48,989 nucleotides of DNA from an uncultured bacterium (GCA_937903605.1 CALCZC010000013.1:1-48989); one strand, 5' to 3'; shown: positions 19,420-28,393, counted from the stretch's first letter. Made by a program: numbers and translations. Notes: a model not told the origin generated them from the sequence alone.

Positions 19420-19448
19420 ATTATAGCACATTTTAGCCTTTTTGTCAA
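19420..19448 (-). promoter_or_regulatory. Consensus sigma70 promoter
   Basis: Minus strand TTGACA, 17-bp spacer, TATAAT with an extended TG. Confidence 0.85.
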
Positions 19449-19615
19449 GCTTGCTAATTTACAAACATTTATATTAGACTAATCATCTTAAATATATTTT
19501 TTTAATATTTTTTAATATTCAATATTTAATATCCAATATCCAAGTTTATACCATTGACAAAAACCATTTTTTGCCTTATTTTAGATATAATAGTACTTTA
19601 ACAATGGAGGACACC

Positions 19616-20263
19616 ATGGGATTTTTTAGGAAAGATGGAAGCCTGGACACCATTTTGGCCGGAATGTTTTATCCGCCGATCGCTCAGATAGACAAGATGT
19701 GTAAAATCATCCTTAGCTACGGCGGACAGTTTCACAAGAAACAAGACGGCGGGGTAAAATTTTATTTATTGGAAGAATCTGACGCGGAACTTGAAAAACA
19801 AAACGGTAGATTATTTTTGATTCCGGAAAAAATTTTAGAGTTCGATCCAAACCCAAAGGTATTTGTGGAAGGTGCGGAACATGTTGATTTTACAAATGGC
19901 AAAAAAGAAATGGCACACATTTTTGCTGACAAAATGGGAAATCCATTAATGTCATTTTTTATTCCGCATGAGCAAAAAAAAGAAAAAGCCCACGCCTTAT
20001 TCTCTTTTAAAGACGGATATGAATTAATCGTTTTTGTGGAAAAAGAAAAGGTAGAAATTCAGATCGTGGATATCAGATGTAGATTGTTGTCATCGGGGAA
20101 ATATGCTCTTTATGAAAATCCGATTTACCAGGGATTACTTGCTACAACTTTGCCAAGGAAATTTTGGAAATTGGAGCGAGCTTTTGCGGCCGCTAAAGAA
20201 AAATTCTTTTGTAAAGATTGTATTCACCCACATTTTTACAAGAAATATCGCGCTCGTCCTTAA
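19616..20263 (+). CDS. Hypothetical protein with C-terminal CxxCxHxH
   Basis: GGAGG SD before ATG 19616; C-terminus CKDCIHPHFY. Confidence 0.7.
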   Translation: MGFFRKDGSLDTILAGMFYPPIAQIDKMCKIILSYGGQFHKKQDGGVKFYLLEESDAELEKQNGRLFLIPEKILEFDPNPKVFVEGAEHVDFTNGKKEMAHIFADKMGNPLMSFFIPHEQKKEKAHALFSFKDGYELIVFVEKEKVEIQIVDIRCRLLSSGKYALYENPIYQGLLATTLPRKFWKLERAFAAAKEKFFCKDCIHPHFYKKYRARP

Positions 20264-20286
20264 TCGGGGCGAGCTTTTTTATTGGC

Positions 20287-20315
20287 TTGACAAATTTAAA
20301 AAAAATTACTATAAT
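20287..20315 (+). promoter_or_regulatory. Consensus sigma70 promoter of the tRNA pair
   Basis: TTGACA (20287-20292), 17-bp spacer, TATAAT (20310-20315). Confidence 0.9.
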
Positions 20316-20328
20316 CATTTTACAAAAT

Positions 20329-20402
20329 GCGGTAGTAGTTCAGTTGGCTAGAATGTCTCCTTGCCAAGGAGAAGGTCGCCGGTTCGAATCCGGTCTACCG
20401 CT
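20329..20402 (+). tRNA. tRNA-Gly(GCC)
   Basis: GCGGTAG/CTACCGC acceptor, TCTCC-TTGCCAA-GGAGA anticodon arm, GGTTCGAATCC T arm. Confidence 0.96.
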
Positions 20403-20412
20403 CGAGTCATAT

Positions 20413-20485
20413 CGCGGGATAGAGCAATTGGCAGCTCGCCAGGCCCATAACCTGGAGGTTCTCGGTTCAAGTCCGAGTCCCGCAA
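20413..20485 (+). tRNA. Initiator tRNA-fMet(CAT)
   Basis: C1:A72 mismatch (CGCGGGA/TCCCGCA), CCAGG-CCCATAA-CCTGG anticodon arm, GGTTCAAGTCC T arm. Confidence 0.93.
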
Positions 20486-20670
20486 CTAAAAAGAGACCCA
20501 ATAGTTTGGGTCTCTTTTCGGACTTGAACGCCGGACCGATATTGCGCGACGCAGGCGAGCGAGCGCAATCGGGAGGCGGTGGTCAGACCGAGGAGCCGGA
20601 AGGCGACGAGAGTCGCGACCAAGTCCGAGTCCCGCAACTAAAAAGAGACCCAATAGTTTGGGTCTCTTTT
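20468..20670 (+). repeat. 51-bp direct repeat (tRNA-fMet 3' end + terminator) enclosing a 101-bp GC-rich palindromic element
   Basis: 20468-20518 is identical to 20620-20670. The element starts with TCGGACTTGAAC, the inverse of the T-arm GTTCAAGTCCGA. Confidence 0.9.
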
Positions 20671-20720
20671 AATTTATTTTTTTACTGCTTACCAGCTTAT
20701 AAGCTTACTTGCTTACCAGC

Positions 20721-21773
20721 TCAATTATGGTCCAGCTGTTCCCTATAATATTCATCATACATTTCCCAAAATGCCAAAAGAAGTGAAGCAATAATAGGAC
20801 CGATGATAAATCCTGAAGGCCCAAAAACTACGATACCACCAAGCATAGAAAAAAGAATAAGTAGTGGATGCATTTGCGCTTCTCTACCAACAATTATCGG
20901 GCGCAATAGATTATCAACTGTGCTGATAACAAAGACACCAAAAGACAACATGAAAATTCCTTGCCAAATTTTACCTGATAAAAGTAGAAGTATACCAGCC
21001 GGAAACCAAACCAAACTACAACCAAAAGCTGGTAAAAGTGTCAAAACAAACATTACTAAGCCCCAGATCAGAGCTCCTTGTAACCCGGCGATAAAAAATG
21101 CCAGAGCACCTAAACCTGCTTGTAAACCTCCGACTATTGCTACGCCTTTTAGAGTCCCCAAAGCTGTATTAGTAAATTTTTGAAAAAGTATTTTTTCATA
21201 CTTGTCTCCCAAAGGACAAAGATGCATCAAAGTTTTGAGAATTTTTTCTCCATCACGTAAAAAGAAATAAAGAGTGTAGAGCATTATCAAAACCATGGTA
21301 AAAAATATAATGGAATTCTGGGTAATCTTGGTGATGTTGGTGAAAATATAAGAAGTGATAAATTTAACACCCTCGGAAAATTTTTCCGTCCAGAAACTTT
21401 CATCAAAGTTGAATCTGGCTGTAAAGTGGTTGTTTTTTATAGTTTCCGCCGCTTTGGTCAAAAAAGAAGTTATTTGATCTTGGTTGTTGCTGACCTTATT
21501 GTAAATATCAACCGACTGGGTTATCAAAATTGTCCCGAAAATAAGCAAAGGTATGGCAATGGCAAAAAAAGCAATGATCAAAGTCAAAGTGGCGCTTAAA
21601 TTTGGAGTTTTTAATTTTAAATTTAGTTTTTTATAAAGCGGATAAAATAGCGCCGCAAAAACAGCTGCCCAAAAAATAGGGTAAATAAAAGGGCGAATAA
21701 TATAAATAAAGCTCAAAGTAACTAATAAGAGAGTTCCCAAAAAAATAAGGTTGCGAATTTTAGCAAAGTCCAT
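20721..21773 (-). CDS. AI-2E family transporter (PerM/YdiK-like)
   Basis: Multi-TM; YFFLRDG, DNLLRP, MHPLLILFSMLGG and GFIIGP motifs. Confidence 0.92.
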   Translation of the reverse strand: MDFAKIRNLIFLGTLLLVTLSFIYIIRPFIYPIFWAAVFAALFYPLYKKLNLKLKTPNLSATLTLIIAFFAIAIPLLIFGTILITQSVDIYNKVSNNQDQITSFLTKAAETIKNNHFTARFNFDESFWTEKFSEGVKFITSYIFTNITKITQNSIIFFTMVLIMLYTLYFFLRDGEKILKTLMHLCPLGDKYEKILFQKFTNTALGTLKGVAIVGGLQAGLGALAFFIAGLQGALIWGLVMFVLTLLPAFGCSLVWFPAGILLLLSGKIWQGIFMLSFGVFVISTVDNLLRPIIVGREAQMHPLLILFSMLGGIVVFGPSGFIIGPIIASLLLAFWEMYDEYYREQLDHN

Positions 21774-21784
21774 ATATTTTAAAT

Positions 21785-23209
21785 TTAGTTTTTATTTAAT
21801 TTATTAAAAGGGATAAGTTGTAAGAGGCTGTCGCGAGAAAATATTTTCAGAGTTATTGCGCCCAAAGTGTAAAAAAGTCCAGCCAGAGAAATTAAAATCA
21901 GGACATGTTCATTTCTTAAATTATAAACCAAAATAGACATTAGTAAAGAGAGGAAGAGGATTTTCAAGAAAGTAAAAAGTTTTGGAAAAAAACCACTATA
22001 ACGATAAGCCAAGAAAAGTAAGAAAGCCCCGGCATAAAATTCGGAAAAAATCGTGACATAAGCCGCGCCAAACATGCCAAATTTTGGGATAAAAATAAAA
22101 TATCCGATCAGGCTTAGTAAAGCATCACTGAGATAAACCCAGAAAACCTGTCTTTGTTTATTGATAGCTAAGGTTAGATGACCAAAAACCATCCCAAAAC
22201 AAACGCCAAAAATAGAAATTATCAAAATTTGTAAGATTTTACCGGCTCCAACAAAATCAGCTCCGGCTACAAAACGCATAATAGGTTCAGCCAAGACAAA
22301 AGCGCCAAAAACCATCGGGATAAGTAATGTCATGAGCAGATCAAAAGCTAGTTGTGCATTTTTTTTGAAATCAGACATTATTTGTCGAGACCAAGTAAAA
22401 GCTAAAAGCGGTGTCATAATTCCCATGATCATGGAGCTAACTTGAATAATAATATCAAGTACACGGTAGGCCGCACCATAAAAACTGACATCTGTTTGAG
22501 AGACATAAAGTGGCAAAATAACCCGATCACCCTGTAAATAAATAGCATTGAAAATAACCGCCAAAGCCGTCGGCCAAAGCTGAATGAAAATAGCCTTTGA
22601 TATTTGTTTATCAATCTCCAGTTTAAATTTTTCATTTTTGTACCAGAGATAACCAGTATAAAAACAAGAAGAAACAGTAATAACCGCCATCATAGGTAAA
22701 AACCCAAAACTATTTTTGGCTATCAATAATGCACCGATTACTAAAATTATGCGTCCGATAATTTCCCCGATAGATTGTAAGTGCATTTTTAGTTGAGTTT
22801 GCAAAGAAGCGATGAATATTTGATTTATAGAAACATTGATGAAAGAAATAGCGGTAATCAGTACTGCCAGCTTAATTTCAAAGGGATAGGGAAAAAAGAA
22901 AATAGTAAATGGTAAAATACCTTGGAAAAGCAAAGCGGAAATCAATCGCAGCGTGAAAAGATTATTAAAAAGAGATTTTTTATCAAAATCCGGTCGAGAA
23001 AGCATATTAGCTGAAACAACCGTAAAGCCAAAATCACAAAAAATACCGATAAATTGCAAGAAACCGGTAGCCGTAGCATACCAGCCAAATTTTTCTACCC
23101 CCAAAGAGCGAGTCATGATAGCGACCACCGCCAAACCCAAAACAGTGCTGATAATTTTTCCTACCAGCTGTACCAGGGTATTTTGATAAATTTGTTTAGT
23201 TTGAGACAT
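21785..23209 (-). CDS. Wzx-like polysaccharide flippase (MOP family)
   Basis: About 13 TM helices; RSLGVEKFGWY, DFGF and YGAAYRV. Start moved to ATG 23209. Confidence 0.88.
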   Translation of the reverse strand: MSQTKQIYQNTLVQLVGKIISTVLGLAVVAIMTRSLGVEKFGWYATATGFLQFIGIFCDFGFTVVSANMLSRPDFDKKSLFNNLFTLRLISALLFQGILPFTIFFFPYPFEIKLAVLITAISFINVSINQIFIASLQTQLKMHLQSIGEIIGRIILVIGALLIAKNSFGFLPMMAVITVSSCFYTGYLWYKNEKFKLEIDKQISKAIFIQLWPTALAVIFNAIYLQGDRVILPLYVSQTDVSFYGAAYRVLDIIIQVSSMIMGIMTPLLAFTWSRQIMSDFKKNAQLAFDLLMTLLIPMVFGAFVLAEPIMRFVAGADFVGAGKILQILIISIFGVCFGMVFGHLTLAINKQRQVFWVYLSDALLSLIGYFIFIPKFGMFGAAYVTIFSEFYAGAFLLFLAYRYSGFFPKLFTFLKILFLSLLMSILVYNLRNEHVLILISLAGLFYTLGAITLKIFSRDSLLQLIPFNKLNKN

Positions 23210-23443
23210 AAAAGTCATATTATTATAACATAAAATATTATTTCTGACCAAAACTGGAAAAATGTGATATAATATAAAAAATTTAAAAAATTATTTTTTA
23301 AAAACACCAAGCCCTAAACCCTAAAACCCAAACAATATTTAATATTTAATATTAAATATTAAAAACAGGCGGATTTAAGTATTGAATATTTAAATTTTAA
23401 TATTGTTTAGAACTTAGAATTTAGAAATTAGAGCTTTTTCATT

Positions 23444-25585
23444 ATGAATATTTACAAAACAATACTATCTATAATTGCCCTAAACTGTTTGTTTATAGCT
23501 TTTCCTGTTAAAGCCATTGGTTTTACTCCTCCTCCTTTCAAAGACGCGGATTATTTGGGGCAGTATGTGAGTGTATCGCTAAAAGAACCGATTGAATTGA
23601 AAACTGGAGAAATAAAAGAAATAACGGTAAAAATAAAAAATATCGGTAAAGCGACTTGGGAAAATACAGGCGCTAATTTTGTTTCCATTTACACGGTTAA
23701 TCCCAATTATCGTCAAAGTATTTTTGCCGATAGTTCCTGGATCTCTGATAGTAATCCGGTAAAAATAAAAGCAAGAACTGTTCCCGGACAAACAGGTGAG
23801 TTTACTTTCAAAATAAAAGCACCAAATACTCCTGGAAATTATAAAGAAGATTTTTATTTGGCTGCAGAAAATAAAACTTGGATCAAAAGCAGTTATTTTT
23901 ATATTGATTTAAAAGTTGTGTTGGGCACTTCTCAGACTATAAATGTTAGTCCGGTAGCTAATCAAACAACCGGATTTGTTTTTAATAAAAATTTAGAAAT
24001 GGGTTCTGTAGGGGAGGATGTTAAACAATTGCAAAAATATCTTAACAGTGAAGATTTTATCGTGGCTGCTTCTGGTGCCGGATCTGTCGGAAATGAAACA
24101 ACAAGATTTGGCGCGGCAACCCAAAGCGCTTTGATTAGATTTCAAAAGGCCAATAAAATTTTTCCTGCTTCCGGGTATTTTGGTCCTTTGACTAGAAAAT
24201 TTATTAATGAAAAAATAAATGCCACACAAGTAAAAGAGTCAACAGATGGAATTGGTAATGATACCGGCTATTTACCCGATGAAGCGCAAAAGGTCAGTAA
24301 AGAGTACAAAACTAACCTTTCCGCCATGACCGGTTATAAAATCACGGCTACCGGTGGAGAACAAATCAGATTTATTGTCATGTATACCAATATTGGCACT
24401 TTGAAATGGGATAATTATTTATGGCAAGAAGCTGGTAGTACTGAAATTACTACCGGATCAAGTAAGATAAATATTGCTGACAATAGTTGGCTGTCGCCGG
24501 TAAAGATTTATCAAGGTATAACTTCCGTAGAACCACAACAAACCATTCGTGTAGATTTTTATTTTCGCGCTCCAAAAAACAAAGGAGAATATATTGCCAG
24601 ATTTCAACTTACCGCCAACAATCACACTCTTGACGGTGGAACGCTAGAAATTCCTATTACAGTCACACAGAGCAACCCTGCTTATCAAGAACCACAATTT
24701 ACAAACAATCGGATTTTGGTCTCAGAACCAAATGTAAGAATAGGACTTTATAAAGCGACAGAAGAAGTTAAATTTAAATCTGACTTTGCTTATGAAGTCT
24801 TTGCCGGAGACCAGCTTCAAGGAGTGTTATATGGAGGAGAAAATGCATCTTTGCGATATGCAGGCGGTAATTATTATTTCAACAGCCCAAATTTGAATTT
24901 TACTTCCGTAGAAAAAATTCGTTTAATACCTTATGATTTAAATCATTATTTTGTCCTAACAAATTATAGCCGCTTGGTAAGTTGGAAGGGTAATAAAAAT
25001 TTTAATGTTTATAGAGGAATAATGGAGTTTGTTTATTCTCCAAAAACCGATGTGGCGTGGGTGGTCAATGAATTACCGATGGAATCATATATCGCCGGAA
25101 TCGGAGAAACCAGTAATGGTGCGGCGATGGAATATATCAAAGCCATTTTGGTTGCTGCACGTAGTTATGCTTATTATCATCTTTTTAACGGAGTTTCGGC
25201 TGACCAAAGAACCTTTGATTTATATGCTACTACCGTGGACCAACTTTATTTGGGTTACAATTCGGAAGTTCTGATGCCAAGAGTTGTACAAGCAGAGAGA
25301 GCAACTTATGGAGAAATGGTAACTTATGAAACAAATGTTATTGGGACTCCATATTTTGGCAATTCCGATGGTAAAACTAGGACCTGGAAAGAAGTTTGGG
25401 GTGGTACGGATAAACCATGGTTAGTACCGGTAGTTTGTATTTATGATCAAGGTAAAAAATTGTTTGGTCATGGTGTCGGAATGAGCGCTTGGGATGCTTC
25501 ACAACGGGCAGACAAAGATAGTTGGACATATGAACAGCTTTTGCGTTATTATTATACAGGGGTACAAATTGAAAAAATTTATTAA
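23444..25585 (+). CDS. SpoIID/LytB-domain protein with Ig-like and peptidoglycan-binding modules
   Basis: Signal peptide; two NBR1-like Ig repeats (KNIGKATW, YTNIGTLKW); GEDVKQLQKYLN...GYFGPLTR PG-binding module; ESYIAGIGE...AARSYA...DQLYLG...GHGVGMS SpoIID motifs. Confidence 0.85.
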   Translation: MNIYKTILSIIALNCLFIAFPVKAIGFTPPPFKDADYLGQYVSVSLKEPIELKTGEIKEITVKIKNIGKATWENTGANFVSIYTVNPNYRQSIFADSSWISDSNPVKIKARTVPGQTGEFTFKIKAPNTPGNYKEDFYLAAENKTWIKSSYFYIDLKVVLGTSQTINVSPVANQTTGFVFNKNLEMGSVGEDVKQLQKYLNSEDFIVAASGAGSVGNETTRFGAATQSALIRFQKANKIFPASGYFGPLTRKFINEKINATQVKESTDGIGNDTGYLPDEAQKVSKEYKTNLSAMTGYKITATGGEQIRFIVMYTNIGTLKWDNYLWQEAGSTEITTGSSKINIADNSWLSPVKIYQGITSVEPQQTIRVDFYFRAPKNKGEYIARFQLTANNHTLDGGTLEIPITVTQSNPAYQEPQFTNNRILVSEPNVRIGLYKATEEVKFKSDFAYEVFAGDQLQGVLYGGENASLRYAGGNYYFNSPNLNFTSVEKIRLIPYDLNHYFVLTNYSRLVSWKGNKNFNVYRGIMEFVYSPKTDVAWVVNELPMESYIAGIGETSNGAAMEYIKAILVAARSYAYYHLFNGVSADQRTFDLYATTVDQLYLGYNSEVLMPRVVQAERATYGEMVTYETNVIGTPYFGNSDGKTRTWKEVWGGTDKPWLVPVVCIYDQGKKLFGHGVGMSAWDASQRADKDSWTYEQLLRYYYTGVQIEKIY

Positions 25586-25610
25586 AATTAAAATATTAAA
25601 ATTAAATTTT

Positions 25611-25790
25611 ATGTCAGATTCAAAAAGATGGCGTGGAGGGGAAAGAGAAATAAAGCCAAGAGTTGAAGAAGATTTTTTGGATCCAGATGATCCAAACTAT
25701 ATTCCAACCCCAGCAGAATATGAAGTAATGAAAAAAAATAAAGAGGAAGCGGAAAAAGATGCGGAAAAAGAAAAAGTAAGTAATGCCTAA
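25611..25790 (+). CDS. Small charged hypothetical protein
   Basis: 59 aa from ATG 25611, followed by a terminator. Confidence 0.5.
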   Translation: MSDSKRWRGGEREIKPRVEEDFLDPDDPNYIPTPAEYEVMKKNKEEAEKDAEKEKVSNA

Positions 25791-25794
25791 AAAT

Positions 25795-25825
25795 AAAAAA
25801 CTCTGCCACTTGGCAGAGTTTTTTT
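25795..25825. terminator. Bidirectional terminator
   Basis: AAAAAA-CTCTGCC-actt-GGCAGAG-TTTTTTT. Confidence 0.85.
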
Positions 25826-25854
25826 AATATCGCAATGTCTTGATATTTTAATAT

Positions 25855-26397
25855 CTATTTCACACCTTGATGATATTTTCTATCAGCATCAGCTAAATCC
25901 AAAATTTGTTGGCGCAGACTGTGGGGATCAGAAATATTGTGAATTTTAAATTGTGGTTTAGATCCTGCGGTTTGAATAGTCAATGTACCATAATTGAACA
26001 CATGAGCGGTTATACCTTTGACTTCAGAAGTTACATCTTGGATGCGATAAAGATCCACTTCGGAAACTGTACGAGCAAAAAGATTATTCTGCTCCATGTC
26101 TACCAGGCGGTCATTGGTTATAAAAAGAACATCTAAATAAAAGTCAATAAAATAGGCGAAAAAAAATAAAGTTACCGAAAGTAAATAAACTCCGCCCAGC
26201 AATATGAAAAGCGGGGCATAATCAGAATTCAAAATGTTTTCTCCATTTTCCAATCCAAAATAAATAGCGATTCCAACCGGGATAGCCAAAGCCAAAATGT
26301 ACAAAAGGATTGCTGGTAAGAAAGTGATAACATGACGACGCAAACAAAAAACTTTTTTTTCGTAAGACTTGAGAGTAAAAATTTTTCCAATGGACAT
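25855..26397 (-). CDS. Membrane protein with bacterial PH (bPH_2-like) domain
   Basis: Two TM helices then ITNDRLVD...IQDVT...NYGTLTIQTAG. Confidence 0.8.
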   Translation of the reverse strand: MSIGKIFTLKSYEKKVFCLRRHVITFLPAILLYILALAIPVGIAIYFGLENGENILNSDYAPLFILLGGVYLLSVTLFFFAYFIDFYLDVLFITNDRLVDMEQNNLFARTVSEVDLYRIQDVTSEVKGITAHVFNYGTLTIQTAGSKPQFKIHNISDPHSLRQQILDLADADRKYHQGVK

Positions 26398-26435
26398 ATA
26401 ATTAAAATTCAAAAGGCAAAAGTCAAAATTAATGA

Positions 26436-26708
26436 TTAATTAAAATTAAAAATACTTGTTATCCAAGAACTGTCAAAAATGGTTATTTGGGTTTGCCAGT
26501 TGATATCTTGCAATAAATACCAAGTGATAAAAAATGATAATGAGGAAACAGCAAAAACTAAGATTGTTACTGCCAGACTTGTAAGTGTCAAAGAGGCGGT
26601 TTCAAAAAGTCTATAGAGTCCTATAAAAATAAATAACAAAAAAACAGCAATAAAAACAAAAAAAGCGAAAAGAAAAATGTAAATAGGAAGAGAGAGAATG
26701 AGGGGCAT
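26436..26708 (-). CDS. Small two-TM membrane protein
   Basis: 90-aa hydrophobic ORF, co-oriented with ruvB. Confidence 0.6.
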   Translation of the reverse strand: MPLILSLPIYIFLFAFFVFIAVFLLFIFIGLYRLFETASLTLTSLAVTILVFAVSSLSFFITWYLLQDINWQTQITIFDSSWITSIFNFN

Positions 26709-26877
26709 ATTGTTGAAATTTCAAATGTCAAATTTCCAATTTCCAACTCGATTATTTTAAAAATAATTCTTCGAATTTGGTAGATAGGTTAATGACAGAC
26801 ATTTAATAATAAAAATTTTAAATTTTGATATTTAGATTTTGAAATTGATTTGATATTGGATATTGGAAATTTGATAT

Positions 26878-27918
26878 TTATAATAATGTTCCATTGTTTT
26901 TCGGCTCCTCAAACCCCAAATGTCTGTAAGCTAGAGTTGTGGCTTTTCTTCCGCGCGGAGTTCTTTCCAAGAAGTCGGTTTGTAAAAGATATGGTTCATA
27001 AATATTTTCTATAGCATCCATTTCTTCAGAAATTGCTGCAGCCAGCGTGTTTAATCCCACCGGTCCGCCTCGAAATTTATCAATCAAAACTTCCAGTAGT
27101 CGGCGATCGACTTCGTCCAAACCATATTCATCAATAGAAAGCATGGCTAGGGCCTCGGTAGCTATTTTTTCGTTTATGTTTCCTTCATGTTTAACTTGAG
27201 CGAAATCACGAACACGTTTGAGTAATCTATTGGCGATGCGCGGAGTACGTCTAGCGCGACTAGAAATTATTTGCAGAGCCGGTTCATCAGTTTGAATATT
27301 TAATATTTGCGAACTGCGTTGCAAAATTTGTTGGATGTCTTTTTCTTCATAAAAATTCAAATGATAAGCGTGACCGAAACGATCGCGAAGCGGGCCGGAA
27401 AGCAAGCTCATTTTGGTAGTGGCGCCGATAAGAGTAAATCTATTGAGTGGCATACGAATGGTGCGGGCGGCCGGACCGGATCCGATGATAATATCCAAAG
27501 AATAATCTTCCAGTGCCGGGTAAAGAACTTCCTCAATGGTTTTATTAAGACGATGGATTTCGTCAATAAACAAAATATCGCCATTTTCTAAATTGGAAAG
27601 TATAGCGGCCAAATCGCCGACTTTTTCCAAAGCCGGACCGGCAGTGGTTTTGATATTACCACCCATTTCTTTTCCTATAATATGTGCCAAAGTGGTTTTG
27701 CCCAAACCCGGGTTGCCGTAAAGCAGAACGTGTTCCAAACAATCGCCGCGTTTTTTGGCGGCTTGTATAGAAATATCCAGATTTTGTTTCAGTTGATCTT
27801 GGCCGACAAAATCAGAGAGTTTTTGCGGGCGAAGATTGTTTTCAAAAACAACCTCCTCCGGCAATTCTTCCGGTTTTATAAGGTCTTCTTCGTTTTCTAT
27901 GATAAATTCTTCATCCAT
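26878..27918 (-). CDS. ruvB: Holliday junction branch migration helicase RuvB
   Basis: LRPQKLSDFVGQ, GNPGLGKTT, FIDEIHR, LIGATT, LRDRFG and RTPRIANRLL. Start moved to ATG 27918. Confidence 0.97.
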   Translation of the reverse strand: MDEEFIIENEEDLIKPEELPEEVVFENNLRPQKLSDFVGQDQLKQNLDISIQAAKKRGDCLEHVLLYGNPGLGKTTLAHIIGKEMGGNIKTTAGPALEKVGDLAAILSNLENGDILFIDEIHRLNKTIEEVLYPALEDYSLDIIIGSGPAARTIRMPLNRFTLIGATTKMSLLSGPLRDRFGHAYHLNFYEEKDIQQILQRSSQILNIQTDEPALQIISSRARRTPRIANRLLKRVRDFAQVKHEGNINEKIATEALAMLSIDEYGLDEVDRRLLEVLIDKFRGGPVGLNTLAAAISEEMDAIENIYEPYLLQTDFLERTPRGRKATTLAYRHLGFEEPKNNGTLL

Positions 27919-28033
27919 AGTGATTTTATTGTAATATAGAACTCTCATAAAAACAAGGAGATTGACTTTTTTATTAAGAAATGGTAAAAAAAACATGGTT
28001 CTTTTCATAAACTAAACTATTTCGGAGGATAAA

Positions 28034-28222
28034 ATGAACAGTACTTTTATTTTTTGTTCTTGCTGTGATTACGACACGCAACAGAAAGAGCTAAAAAACA
28101 ACGGTTTCAAAAAAGAAACCGAATGTCTGGTGTGTAAAAACATCAACAGATTTGAATTTTGTGGAGAATGTCATAATTTTTACCACATTGAAAAGGGCTG
28201 CAGTTGTCAAAAAGAGAAATAA
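28034..28222 (+). CDS. Small Cys-rich (putative Zn-binding) protein
   Basis: GGAGG SD at about -11; motifs CSCC, CLVC, CGEC and CSC in 62 aa. Confidence 0.6.
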   Translation: MNSTFIFCSCCDYDTQQKELKNNGFKKETECLVCKNINRFEFCGECHNFYHIEKGCSCQKEK

Positions 28223-28237
28223 GAGATCATTTTTTAA

Positions 28238-28266
28238 TCCCGGTCGCATTGAAGCGACCGGTTTTT
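28238..28266 (+). terminator. Rho-independent terminator
   Basis: CCGGTCGC-attgaa-GCGACCGG followed by a T-run. Confidence 0.75.
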
Positions 28267-28275
28267 ATTTTTGTT

Positions 28276-28284
28276 TGTGGATAA
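28276..28284 (-). promoter_or_regulatory. Perfect DnaA box upstream of nrdD
   Basis: TGTGGATAA, the reverse complement of the TTATCCACA consensus. Confidence 0.5.
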
Positions 28285-28347
28285 CTTTTTTTTAAAATTT
28301 TATCGTCTGCGGTTTTTGTGGTTTGTATAGCTAAAATAAGTTTACTC

Positions 28348-28376
28348 TTGGAGGTCCTTGACGGAAGTGATATAAT
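28348..28376 (+). promoter_or_regulatory. Putative nrdDG promoter
   Basis: TTGGAG, 17-bp spacer, TATAAT with an extended TG. Confidence 0.6.
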
Positions 28377-28393
28377 GTAATTGCTTAAATAAA

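Noticed and set aside
20218-20748. 176-aa ORF
   Set aside because: It runs through two tRNA genes and the repeat element, so it is spurious.
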